Shown: piece by piece, positions 10,901 through 22,100 of the stretch
Numbering within the stretch: the first letter of the stretch is position 1
Layout: the number at the start of each line of letters is the position of its first letter
DNA from: Phoronis australis
Lineage: Eukaryota; Animalia; Phoronida
Direction of reading: 5' to 3'
NCBI GenBank assembly: GCA_002633005.1
Contig: NMRA01000182.1
Location: forward strand, 665,768 to 729,767
Length of the DNA stretch: 64,000 bases
Notes under the pieces: model-generated
Databases searched by the model: none
Told to the model about the DNA's origin: nothing
The model's input: only the letters and a program-made list of their open reading frames with translations
Translations under genes and position numbers: made by a program

Positions 10901-13900
10901 TTTGGGGATAGAAGTGAAGTTGGGAAAAAATTCCAGCAGTGGAAATGGGCAATCATGTGTCTATTAAACAAAATGGAAAGCAAATGTGCTAAATAGATGA
11001 ACAGACACAACATCACATATTAAATGAATGTAGTTTTCTTACACTCATAAACACCAATATTTAATCCATAAGTGGTATAAAACCAACCTCCACCATCTTC
11101 CAACTGCTCATCAACCACGATGACTGTAGCTAAAATTCAATTGAATTGTCCTTAAAATATGTATTGTTTCAAAAACAACTATTATGAGAAACCTTTGAAT
11201 CAAGCAAACTCAAAACTACTATACTAACACATTAAGGTTATTGCTAACCATGACGAGAAAATTTGAATTACCCCTTATCCTATTACAGGCATGCATAATT
11301 CTCATACAAACAATAAATGAAACAACTATTTTTTGTATAACCTGTCATGACTTAAGACATGTGCTTCTAAAAATTTTTTTTCTGCACTGGTACAACATAA
11401 AACCACCATAAGGAGTTTTCAGTAAACTTATACATAACAAAGAGTGAAAGGCAAGTGGTACTTCGCGCATTCCCATAAGAAGGAGCTCTAAGATATAACA
11501 GGTACTCAAAGTGACTAACAAAACCATTCGTAAAAAATTGTTTTTGGTACTTCATTTTATAAACCATGGATCCTCTAAAATCGGAACATGTATTTGTGGA
11601 TGAATTTATCAATGTCCATGATTTCTACGATCCTTATTTAAGTCCTATTGAATCACAGAGAATCTTTCTTATCTGTTCAAAAACTGGGATCATTGTGAAC
11701 CTGATGTAAAGAATTTCTAATCCGAATCGCAGACCAAAAGCAAACTGCAAACCTTGAGGGGAGGTAGCTGAACTGATTTTCAGGTAAAATAAACTGAAAC
11801 ATACTCACAACTTCTACTGTCTAATTGTGTAGGACTGTCATGTGCTGCAAATAATTAACGGGTTGATTCAACCTCGGTCAGCAAACTAATGCAGTAATTC
11901 TATAAAAACGTTATCAATAAATCTGTAAAGCTACATTTTTGCATCATTTATCCAATATATGGCGCAAGAGGTGCAACTTTTTGCATTCTTGAGCATGAAT
12001 GAAGATGTGTTGTTTAGGCAGAAACTGACCCTAGCCAAGAGAATAAAGGTAGGTATATCGAATTTATATGAGTACGTGATTAATTCAATGAGTGTTTGTT
12101 GTAANGTCTATTTTTATGTAAATGAGGATGGCAATATGTCATTGTTACCCTAATAAAACAAGGCACAGGCGTGCGTTCAGTAGACGCTAGGACCTACGCT
12201 AGGACCTAGCTAAAACCTAATCAAAGTCACGTGTTCTCATTTAAAATGCACGGCAATATCTCACGTAATCTCGCGAAGTCTTGCTTTTTAGCGAGGTCCC
12301 TAACGTTACTGAACGGGAGGCAGGTTTCAATGATTATTTGTTCATTTCACTATCAAATAATGATTGCATAATATTTGGAACAACTAGGGTTTCCAATATG
12401 TTCACAAGTGTTTTTCAGTGTATCAGTTGTGGTGTTTTCTTAAAAAACGTGATTTATTTACAAATTGTTTGTTTTTCTGATTATACTTGTACACGCAGTT
12501 CTCCATAAAGTTACAAGATGGCACTTGCTACAAATTTGAATATTCAGTTACATAGCATCCAATGCAATGAGTCAGTTTTGTCTTCTTTGTATGTGACACT
12601 GCACAATTAAATTAACAGCCAAGGTCATAGTTTTGGGGACTAACAAAACCATTTGTAAAAAATTGTTTTTGGTACTTCATTTTATAAACCATGGATCCTC
12701 CAGAATCGGAACATGTATTTGTGGATGAATTTATCAATGTCCATGATTTCTACGATCCCTATTTAAGTCCTATTAAATCACAGAGAATCTTTCTTATCTG
12801 TTCAAAAACTAGGATCATTGTGAACCTGATGTAAAGAATTTCTAATCCGAATCACAGACCAAAAGCAAACTGCAAACCTTGATAGGAGGTAGCTGAACTG
12901 ATTTTCAGGTAAAATAAACTGAAACATACTCACAACTTCTACTGTCTAATTGTGTAGGACTGTCATGTGCTGCAAATAATTAACGGGTTGATTCAACCTC
13001 GGTCAGCAAACTAATGCAGTAATTCTATAAAAACGTTATCAATAAATCTGTAAAGCTACATTTTTGCATCATTTATCCAATATATGGCGCAAGAGGTGCA
13101 ACTTTTTGCATTCTTGAGCATGAATGAAGATGTGTTGTTTAGGCAGAAACTGACCCTAGCCAAGAGAATAAAGGTAGGTATATCAAATTTATATGAGTAC
13201 GTGATTAATTCAATGAGTGTTTGTTGTAAGAATTTACTATTTGCCATTATATTTTCTGGAAACCAGAATAAATATGTCCTGTGAGAATTGTCTGGTCTGC
13301 GAACTGCTGGTACGCTACAATAACTTAACATAAAGCATCACGATGGCATATCAAAAACGGAGTTACAGTTTGTTACAACATGATTTTTTCCGTTTAAGAA
13401 CTCTCGAGGTTTATATTAAAAAAAGTTCCAATTTTGAAGGGGACTTTTTTAAGAAAAAAACCTAATAATGTTTCAGTTTTTGTAAAGTAGTGAATTGTAT
13501 ACCCTAAGACAAATTTTCTTAAGACTCCGATCAGCAATTTCTGAGATACGACATTGTAAAAATAACCACCAAATTATGGCATAATCCAAAAGGTCCCACT
13601 TAAGTAGTTCAGCATCTTGAAAACATGGAATCCAAATGTTTGTTATACATGGTAACCAATAACATACTCACAATTTCTGCACTCTAATGGTGTAGACATC
13701 TTGGCTACTAAAAGAAAAGTGTAGACCAATTGAACATCAAAACCTCAACTAACATTTCCTCATAACTTTTACATTAAATAATAAACAAATGGTACACTTT
13801 ATTTCAAGTAGTTTACAAGCTCATAAAAGCACTTACACTCTTGGTAATTACCACATTCCTCAGCATTTCTTCTTATCGTTTTAATCAACTCCGTATCTGC

Positions 13901-15937
13901 AAAGAGCCATCAAGTACAAAAGGAATGTTACAAAGTATCAATTCTGTCATAATGTTCTGAGCATACAGTTCATAAAGTTTTACGACATATTAGCTTCACA
14001 ACATAGTACGCGATCACATACAGTTCAGTTCTAAACTACAAACCAATCACAAACTTGGCAACAAATTTGGAACATTAATGACAGCTATCAAAAGGCAAAA
14101 GTTTGCCTGACACCGAACTTAAGACCGTAAGTTATGCTTTCTAAAACAAAACAAGATGACATTTTAGAACAGTGCGTTGCGACAATGAAATTGTTGGAAA
14201 AAACTTTTCAGATTGATATGATAATCATTCATTACTAGTGACAAGCTGCAGGAAAAAGGCATTTGATTAAAAGTGATAACATACCTCCTGCTCTCACCCT
14301 CTCTGCAGTGAACGTATCGAATTTACATTTAAGAATAAGGCCATCTGGGTAAGTGATGGTGACTGTTTGCCAATGCCTGAAAATAATTAACAAACATATA
14401 TGCAGTTATACACTGGCCAATACTAGCATATCAATGTTCAATAGTTAGTAATACATCAACCACTCATGCCTCCACAGTTACCATTGGTCATTTTGTTGTG
14501 CAAGCATTGACTACGTACAGTAAATGGGTTGCCAAATTAACACTGCTTTACGTGCTTTTCTTAAGGAGGAGACACTACTCTAATGTGCAATTGAACACAC
14601 CTCAGACAACAGACGGTGTACTTAAGTAAAGTAAAATTTGCCATCCCAGCAAGTGCTGCCAGTGAGAGATCACAAAAATTATCCATTGAGAATAGTTGGC
14701 AGTCTAAGTAATGAAGAGTCAATGGTGGAGCAATACTCCTACATTGAATAAAGAGAATTCTAAGTTGTGAAAAAAATGCTTACAAAGGGAGAATGCCCAG
14801 TAACTGAGGTGCATATTCATTTCCAGTTGTGTGGAAGCAACTTATACCAATGACCCAATGATGGTGCTGAAATGAAATGAAATTCTCATTGAGAATATGA
14901 CACACGAGTGGAGTCTTTTGGCAGTGTGTTCCGTACCAATGCGCTGCAACCAAGGAGAAGATTTTGAAACAATCAAATTACTTTAGCAATGTAAAACCTA
15001 CCTAAAATCTAAATGATGTTAATGCACAACACAGTGACTGCCGCAGTAACTGTCTAGGGAATGTTTTTGCTGGGAGGCTCAGCGTGTATCGAATAGACAA
15101 CACAAATACGCTCTGTATACAAGACTTTCATACCAAAACATATAGCCAAAAATGTCCTGTATACATAGGTGTTAAGCTGTGATATTTACTCCCGAATAAT
15201 GTACACAACATAAATGATCTAACTAACTTTTGTCAGACCCATTAACACATTTCTTGATGACTCAACATGTGAGCCACAGTTGTGAGTACAGTAAGACTGT
15301 AATGTTTTGGACAGTTGTTTTTTCAATATCTATATGTAGTTCTTTTAAAACTGTAAAGTGTTGTATAATTTTTATTCACCTTCTGCCGGGGAACAGCACA
15401 TGTGCTAATGTCTTATGTGTTTGTGAACCATACTAGGGTGTAATACACCTTTAAGTGGCAGAGCTACATTTTCAGTACTTAGGGGGGCGTAGCATTCGAG
15501 CGAATCCGAGGCGTGTAGCGCCGAGCGCAAGGAAGGTCGGGAGGGGGTTTTTCCTCAACCGTGTAAGATTTTTTGTGGTTTTTAGTAGACGATTTCGTTT
15601 TTTGCTACTTTGTTTTTCAATTTTTATTTTTGATCCTGTCCTGAGGTCCCCGGTAGATCCGCCCTTTGCCTTTACTTGCTCATTACTATTAGTACTTACC
15701 CGAGAACTCGTGCTTGCTACTTGAAGCAGACGACACAGATATTTTGCCACGAATGACATCATCAAACTATCATTTTTGTCAATCAAATACAAATCTGATG
15801 GCAACCAGAACTGACAAACTCAACAGTGCTAAATTTTGTTTAACACACGTGCCTTAAATGGTGCTTCAATCAACAATTGGCCGGAAAATTTCGAAAACCG
15901 AACGAAAATCATCGGCTTACCCTTCACTATCCGCCAT
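7916..15937 (-). CDS. Harbinger accessory Myb/SANT-like (trihelix) DNA-binding protein, ~268 aa. Exons 15937-15921, 14376-14285, 13896-13852, 13707-13672, 12969-12934 (duplicate at 11844-11809), 11129-11088, 10222-10027, 9790-9648, and tentatively 9408-9373, 8146-8093, 8025-7916
   Basis: AAAATGGCG start with GTAAGC donor. All listed exons have AG/GT ends and compatible phases, with no stops. Core WTPDNVKMLLECY...KDFWTAISDDMKSKGIQMSWEFCLKKFDNMKFR|YKTVKD...TGQGRRTWEYFEVMDEILSGDPAVTP is a typical trihelix domain. The last three exons rest only on splice signals and phase. Confidence 0.8.
8414..8981 (-). mobile_element. Kolobok-like transposase fragment in an intron of the Myb gene
   Basis: KFIVDLSKVLELFRRCQVCG...VGVCRGHSGKWDS resembles the CxxC..CxxH..WxS region upstream of Kolobok DDE cores; TTAA|AGGCG terminus at 8410-8418; cut off at the N at 8982. 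Confidence 0.55.
10378..13229. repeat. Near-identical tandem duplication (10378-12104 and 12106-13229); second copy lacks ~10909-11512
   Basis: Direct sequence match, with ORFs 10503/12281 and 11959/13084 near-identical; the junction is exactly the N at 12105. Confidence 0.9.
10441..10587. mobile_element. Harbinger MITE (~150 bp) of the host element's own family, CAG TSD; duplicate at 12169-12320
   Basis: Left GCGTGCGTTCAGTA..TAGGACCTACGCTAGGACCTAGC; right TAGCGAGGTCCCTAACGTTACTGAACGGGAG; CAG on both sides. Confidence 0.8.
15453..15668. mobile_element. Short hAT-like MITE, TSD CCTTT; related copy 40443-40658 (TSD CATGG)
   Basis: (C/A)AGTGGCAGA.CTAC...GTAGATCCGCC..TG ends; shared body GAATCCGAGGC..GTAGCGCCGAGCG.AAGGAAGG. 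Confidence 0.7.
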
Positions 15938-15960
15938 TTTGTTAGGATTGGCTAGTGTGC
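15938..15960 (-). promoter_or_regulatory. Possible CCAAT box immediately upstream of the Myb gene, inside the transposon end
   Basis: ATTGG at 15947-15951 (CCAAT on minus) between the TIR and the ATG; unusually close to the ATG, so weak. Confidence 0.25.
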
Positions 15961-16012
15961 TTCATAGCATACTAGCGAAACACTCGCTTTGTACTTGCGA
16001 GACCTTGCTTTT

Positions 16013-16055
16013 AAGCTAGGTCCTAGCGTAGGTCCTAGCGTTACTGAACGCACGC
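16013..16055. repeat. Right terminal inverted repeat of the Harbinger element
   Basis: AGCTAGGTCCTAGCGTAGGTCCTAGCGTTACTGAACGCACGC|CAG, near-perfect reverse complement of 12169-12212; contains a tandem TAGGTCCTAGCG motif. Confidence 0.85.
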
Positions 16056-16107
16056 CAGTATTGTACCTACGGTTGGCGCCAGGCGTCGAACGAAAACTAA
16101 AAGGAAA

Positions 16108-19100
16108 ATGTCCCAGGATACAAATGTCACTGAGGAGTTATCCAAAATTCGAACTTCACTTGAACAAGTGAATGAAAAAGTTGACAGATTATCCGCAGAT
16201 ACTGCCACGGTAAGTTTTAATGTGTTTCTAGAAGTTGGAGTTCAGTGTTATGAAAGCGGGGTGTGGTTCATTGAATGGTTATTCAGTGGGGGCATTACGA
16301 AACCCGGAAAACAGGCCAGCCACACTAAGCCAGTCAGTTCAAACTGACGCATGCTTGTTCTCGTCTTTCCATTCTTTGTTTTACGAAACGGTTGTTAAAC
16401 CATTTCTTTAGACCCAATCCACGCACAGCAGTTCTCATACCGATCCTCGAAAACCCTCTGAATAGATAGAGGCTGTGGCAGGCGACTGAGAGTGATCCCT
16501 AATCCGATTCTCATTTCGTAACCGTTCAGCAAAAGCGGAGTAAACGGGTCCCTCTTGAAAATGGCTGCCGAGAACCAGTTTTCACTTAATACTTAGCAAC
16601 GTTACTCAGTAAGCCCAACCAGCTAGGGTACGCCAAAATACATGTATTGATGAGATAGGTTGAGACCGATGGCAAGTTGGTGTTGGTCTCAATCAAGATG
16701 ACCCTGTGTTAATTAGGGGGAGGGGGGGCTTATCTCGAAGCCTAGGGGTTGGTAAGACGTGCCGTGGAGCGGACGGGTAACTTGCCTCTCAGATACAGGG
16801 CTTGGGATGGTGGTTTGGTGGTTTTGCACCCATCTCCCAGGTATCGTCCCGATTAGATAGTTTTGCTTTATTGTAATTATGGTCTTGCGTCGGTAAAGGA
16901 AAGAAGGGATGGACTGGGCGTGGGCGGACGAAAAAGGCACTGCTCGGGTAGGGCTTGTCATCACATCGTCACGGATACCAGTTTCTCGGTTGTCTAAGAT
17001 GTGGAGTTGGTATGCTCAGATGCACCCCCATGATGTCTAAGGAGAATCCCCAGGTTTATGTTAATAATGACCAGCTGGGCTTCGTGATACCATGTTGAGT
17101 AATGGAGAAATAACAGGCAAATTGGGATTGGAGTATCCATTAGTCCACGCACACACCCGTTTCGGAAACATATTAAAACTCAGCTTTAAGGGGACATTAT
17201 TAATTTGGGGAGAAAAGTGATTTTTTTTAAGTTCAGCGTCAACGTAGAATCGAACCGGCTGTAAACCTTGCTGTCTCTGTCAAACACGCTGCTGGTTAGG
17301 GGAATACGCGCTGTCACAGCGCTACCTGTGCGGCGGTCTGGCTGAGCTAAACCTCTCTCGATAAATGGCAGAATATTTTCAGTGTATTTTTGACTGAAAA
17401 AGTGAGCCTCGGAGTAATTGGTCCTAGACTTCAGCGACTGTCTCGCAGACAACGGTGACAACTGAAGGCTATCCCAGCCAATAATTATCCCAAAACTACG
17501 TTTTCGGCTGTAATTCAGATAATCAACTCATTACTTCCCTTCGTATTTGGCGAGCTTGATATGCGTTGGACACGATGATATACAGTGGTATACGATGAAG
17601 GACCAGTCGAAAAAACTCACGAAAACACCAATTCTCTGGTCGTATAGCCTACCGTTACGGTAATTCATTGGTAAAATCGATATACTCTGTGATTCTGGTT
17701 CTAAAAATGAAACTTCAATAAAAAAATACCTGTAGCTTGTACCCACTCGTCAAATTATAATAGAATTACCATTTCCTTTAAGCAGTGAAGAGATGCAGTT
17801 AGGTGTTGAATATTTGTATAAAGGCTCTTGCTGTCGCTGTCACGTAGACTTGCCAGCATATTTTGTAGACACAGGCAACAATAGACTGTGTAAATTGCCG
17901 TAGGCCTGTACTGATGGTATAACAATATTTGCATCCCGTTTGACAAGAAATATAAAGCCAAACTAGTAAATGAAATCATTTTGGACGACATGGATGAAAC
18001 AAATTAACAGATTCAGAAGACAACTGGCGGTAACGGACACTGATCCCAGCGAGGGGGCTGGATGCTTTGCTCGAGCACAATAACTAGCTCTGCTTTGTTG
18101 CAGTGCAAGGAATCTGACCATTGTATTTGTCAGACCCTTTTGATCATGATCTTGGTTCCGCACCAGAGTAACGAAATAAACAATTTAAAAGTTGGCGTTG
18201 CCGTGTAAGCCAGTGGTTACTCAAGCTCGGCAATTCAGCTCTGCTGTGTAAGGAATGTTGGTCTGACAAATGTTATTGGCTATTGTTCGCGTTGTTCTAT
18301 TGCCGTACGTCAATCCAGTTATTCTCTCTGACAAAGAATAGAAGTGGATGACATCGGCATATCCTACTTGTTCAACCTGTGTGGGAAGTTTGTGAAAGGA
18401 GTAATCTTCAGCAGACTTTGCGACGGAATCTTGGCAAAACATTTCATAACAACAAATATATTTTTGGCAACCTCAATAGATTTTGACTTTAATGCATTTC
18501 ACATAAGGCAAATTAATTTTCCTCACGCCACAGTGAAGCACTATAAGCCGACTGGAATTCATTGATTGCCTTTATGAAATAAAACACAGTATTTAGACAT
18601 TACACAATACAAGAATTATTACTGGTAATATGGCGACGCGAATCCCGTTTTTAACAACAAAAAATAAACCCGAAACAACCCAGGAAATGATTTTATTTGT
18701 TTCATATTAGAACATTGATTTATTATGCTATTGGTATTGAAATTATTTCAGGCACAACACGTAGGCTGGCTTTCCTGGAAGTATAGTGATTTCACCTTTT
18801 TAACCCAAGTGCTAGGTCATCCATGGTAGCTGACCACACAAACTGTTCAAACCTGACATGCTTGACGGATACTTAGCTCGACCAAGCATATTGTTTTTAT
18901 CCGCCCACGTGTGTCAGGTACACTTCTGTAGCAGCCCTTCATTGACACAAACTTTGTTGAAGACACGACTGTACTTTTTGTTAGGCAGTTTGTGATACAT
19001 GTGACTCGCTCGTAGGTCTCTAAACAATGTCCTTTCTTCAGGCTTGCAGCTATGAAGCAGAACAATGTTCGACATTCAGCAACTAAATATGCTGGACCGC

Positions 19101-22100
19101 CTGGTCAGTTACTTCTTGAATATGATATCACATCCACATAAGGCATATGGGTGAAAGTTTACTGGCCCGGTAGCAAATCCGCTGGCCGGGGCCCGGTCCG
19201 GGCCACCGGGACAGCGTATATTTCGAACGCTGAAGCACAAAACACCAAGAGACATAACGGACAAACAAGATAAGATGCTAGCTGTATTTCGAGACCACAT
19301 GTCTCATCATTAGACAATGAGTGAATTGAACATACAGGGCTTTCTTCCGTGTGAAGATAGGAAATTGTTTAGAGACTACGAGTGAGTATATCACAAATTG
19401 TATATCAAAAAGTACAGTCGTGCCTTCAACCAAGTTTGTTCCCACACATATATATGTATGTGTATATGTAAATGTATACATGTGTATGTATGCCGTTTCC
19501 TCCTTTCGTCTGCCCGTCCGGCGTCTATCCTTTAGTCTACTTATCTCGAAAAACCCCTCCAAAGGCGTACCCAGAGTTTCACGAACTGGAGGTTCAAGTG
19601 AAATGACGAGTTTCTGAAGAGAATTCTGAAAACCGGTTATGAGTTTTCATGCCTCGTTCGAGTTCGAGCGAATTTTTGGGTGGATTCGGCTACCGCTGTG
19701 CCCCGTAGTGGCAATTTTAGATCTTTACGTTAGCCTCCATCAACATAGACCCAATTCACGCGGCGGACATTAAAATCAAAAGCGAGGCTCATTGCGATAA
19801 GCAAAGCGAAAGTTGACATTGCCTGCATTTCGAGTCCAACCTGGATATTAAATCTTACAAATTTGTCGACAATTAACCACAGAGACGTAGAAAAATACAT
19901 TAAAGAACAAGTTAATGCACCAAAGAGTTGTCTGACCAAAGGGTATATTTTTTTGGAAAACTTATTTTCGAAACATGAAAAGTAAATATGGCGAAATTGC
20001 GGCGATCGTAGTGTTACTGATTAGGTATTATGCTGAATGCAGGGTTACGCATCTTCTTGTAATTAAATTGTTGATAAAAATGCTTTCTACACGAACCAGG
20101 TCATCTGCTCGTATTGTTGACGAGTTGAACTGAGATATATTCGACAATGGTGGCTCATCGCATCTTGCTGTCATGTGCAAGTATAGTCACACCTGGTTAA
20201 TTTGTTGATCAAGAATATTAACATCAAACATAGCCTGATCCTGGTGAGGTAGGGACTATACCGGGACTAACAGTTGATTTGTCATTGACCTGATAGAATA
20301 ATTGATGTTATTAAATATATTTTAATTAAAATAAAAAACAGGCTCGTAATTGAAAATAAAGATTATTTGACCATCAATTCTGCTTTCTTGGTTTTAATAA
20401 TTCTTAGTCTATTTCATGTATTAGGTTTCAAATATCAATCTGGACCAAGTTGAATTTTAAAATTAAAATCAATTAATTCGTTCGTCCAAAGCATAACCTC
20501 GTTTTAGAACTCAATTCAGTTAACTTGACAGAGCAATCATAGTTATCATGTTTCCAGGAGCCTCGTTCACAGGTCGGGGAACTGAGGTGCCTGTGCCTTC
20601 TGAGAGGAGATTTTTTTCGCTGAGTGAGGGGAAACCTCTACCTCCTGATCACCATCAATAGCACTCCCGCCGATTGCAAGCTCTCATAGGCTCTGCCTCA
20701 ATTTAAAGTAGCAGTTTGTGCTCTTTCAAATTGTCACCTGTGTGGTTACAGGTGATTTGCACTTCGGATCGAGAGAAAATTTCAGTCACTAGGGGAATTT
20801 TTAGGCCTCGTCAGTGGGGGAATTTCGCGTGACTTTCAATATTTTTGAGAGGGTAATGGGGCCGATATTCGGCCCCAAAATCAAGGGATTGAGAGCCCTG
20901 TCCTTTTTGGAGAGAAAAATGCATCATGTTTCCAGTGGCGGATCTAGGATACCATAAGGAGGGGCCCAACATGTTGCCTCGGTAAATTGGGCAAGGCGCG
21001 ATTGTATGCATAGCCGCCCTGAAGGTTTCGGGGACGGCGATGTGAGCTGCTGTTCTCAAAAGCTATCGAAGGACTAAAACAAGAGAAGGCAACACAATTC
21101 CGCCGCGTTCGTCCGCTGCCTTTCCTAGTTCGTGAACTCCATATTTCCTCACGCTTCACACTGTTGCTGTTTTATTTTTCTTGCACCAGCAAAGGGGCCC
21201 CCTTTGCCACCCTAAATCCGCCTATGTATTTCAACCCTTAGTCATGAGCCTGGCTGGCCGAAGATTCTCCGGTCGTTGCTATCGATGCTTGACAACCAGA
21301 GATGCGACAAAAAATTATCTAACTTTTCGAAAACATAAATTTTACACGGACATATTTTCCTTCGTCGCGGCGTATGTAAACCACCCAACGCTTCCGAATC
21401 TCAACGTCCCTCGGGATTGTAAAGCAGACAGTTGAGTGTCCGTATTTTTTCTAGCCGTTCGAGCTACCCGGCCCTACACTACTATGCCGGTAAGCTAACA
21501 GAGCTATCGTAGCGAGCCTCGTTTTGGAACGCGCCTGCTGTTTTTTCGTGAATTGGGTCTATATCTGCGGATCTCCTTGATGAAAGTTGGCAAACAGGTT
21601 TTTATAAGGGAAATGATACGGGTTCTATGTCATCTGTGGTCATTTGTTTGTGTATTTTTGGCATCCGTCTCTATATCTGTCAAACCGCTGGAAGGATCAA
21701 ACGTGTTTTTATCGAGAAGAACACAACTTACGTTGATTTTCGGACGGATCCAAATAGCTGTCGCGCCGCCTAGTGGAAATTCACTTTTTCTTTGTGTATG
21801 CCTTTGTAGCTACCAAATTCATTAATGTTTTTTCATGAAATTTATCATATAGATTTCAGTTAAGGAGGCGACCACAACACGTTCACATTTTCAAATGAAT
21901 TCAACTTATTCTGCTTTCGCAAGTGGACAGTTTTATGGTTTTGCGTCTGTGCGTCCGCCTCTCTATCCACAAAAGCTCTTGAAATATTCTGATATGTTTC
22001 AATTGGGATGAACACGACTGACGTAAATTTTCGGACAAGTCCAACTACTGTGGTACCTCCTCATGGCCGTGGGAAATCTGTTTGTTCCTCTGCCTAAATA

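Larger units (their letters stand above)
4327..16055. mobile_element. PIF/Harbinger transposon with two convergent genes; left terminus not found
   Basis: HARBI1-like transposase (+) and Myb/SANT gene (-) tail to tail, stops at 7765 and 7916; right TIR ends at 16055, followed by CAG. Confidence 0.9.

Noticed and set aside
16660-17180. GC-richer stretch, possibly a retroelement fragment
   Set aside because: Only vague integrase-like resemblance; not supportable.
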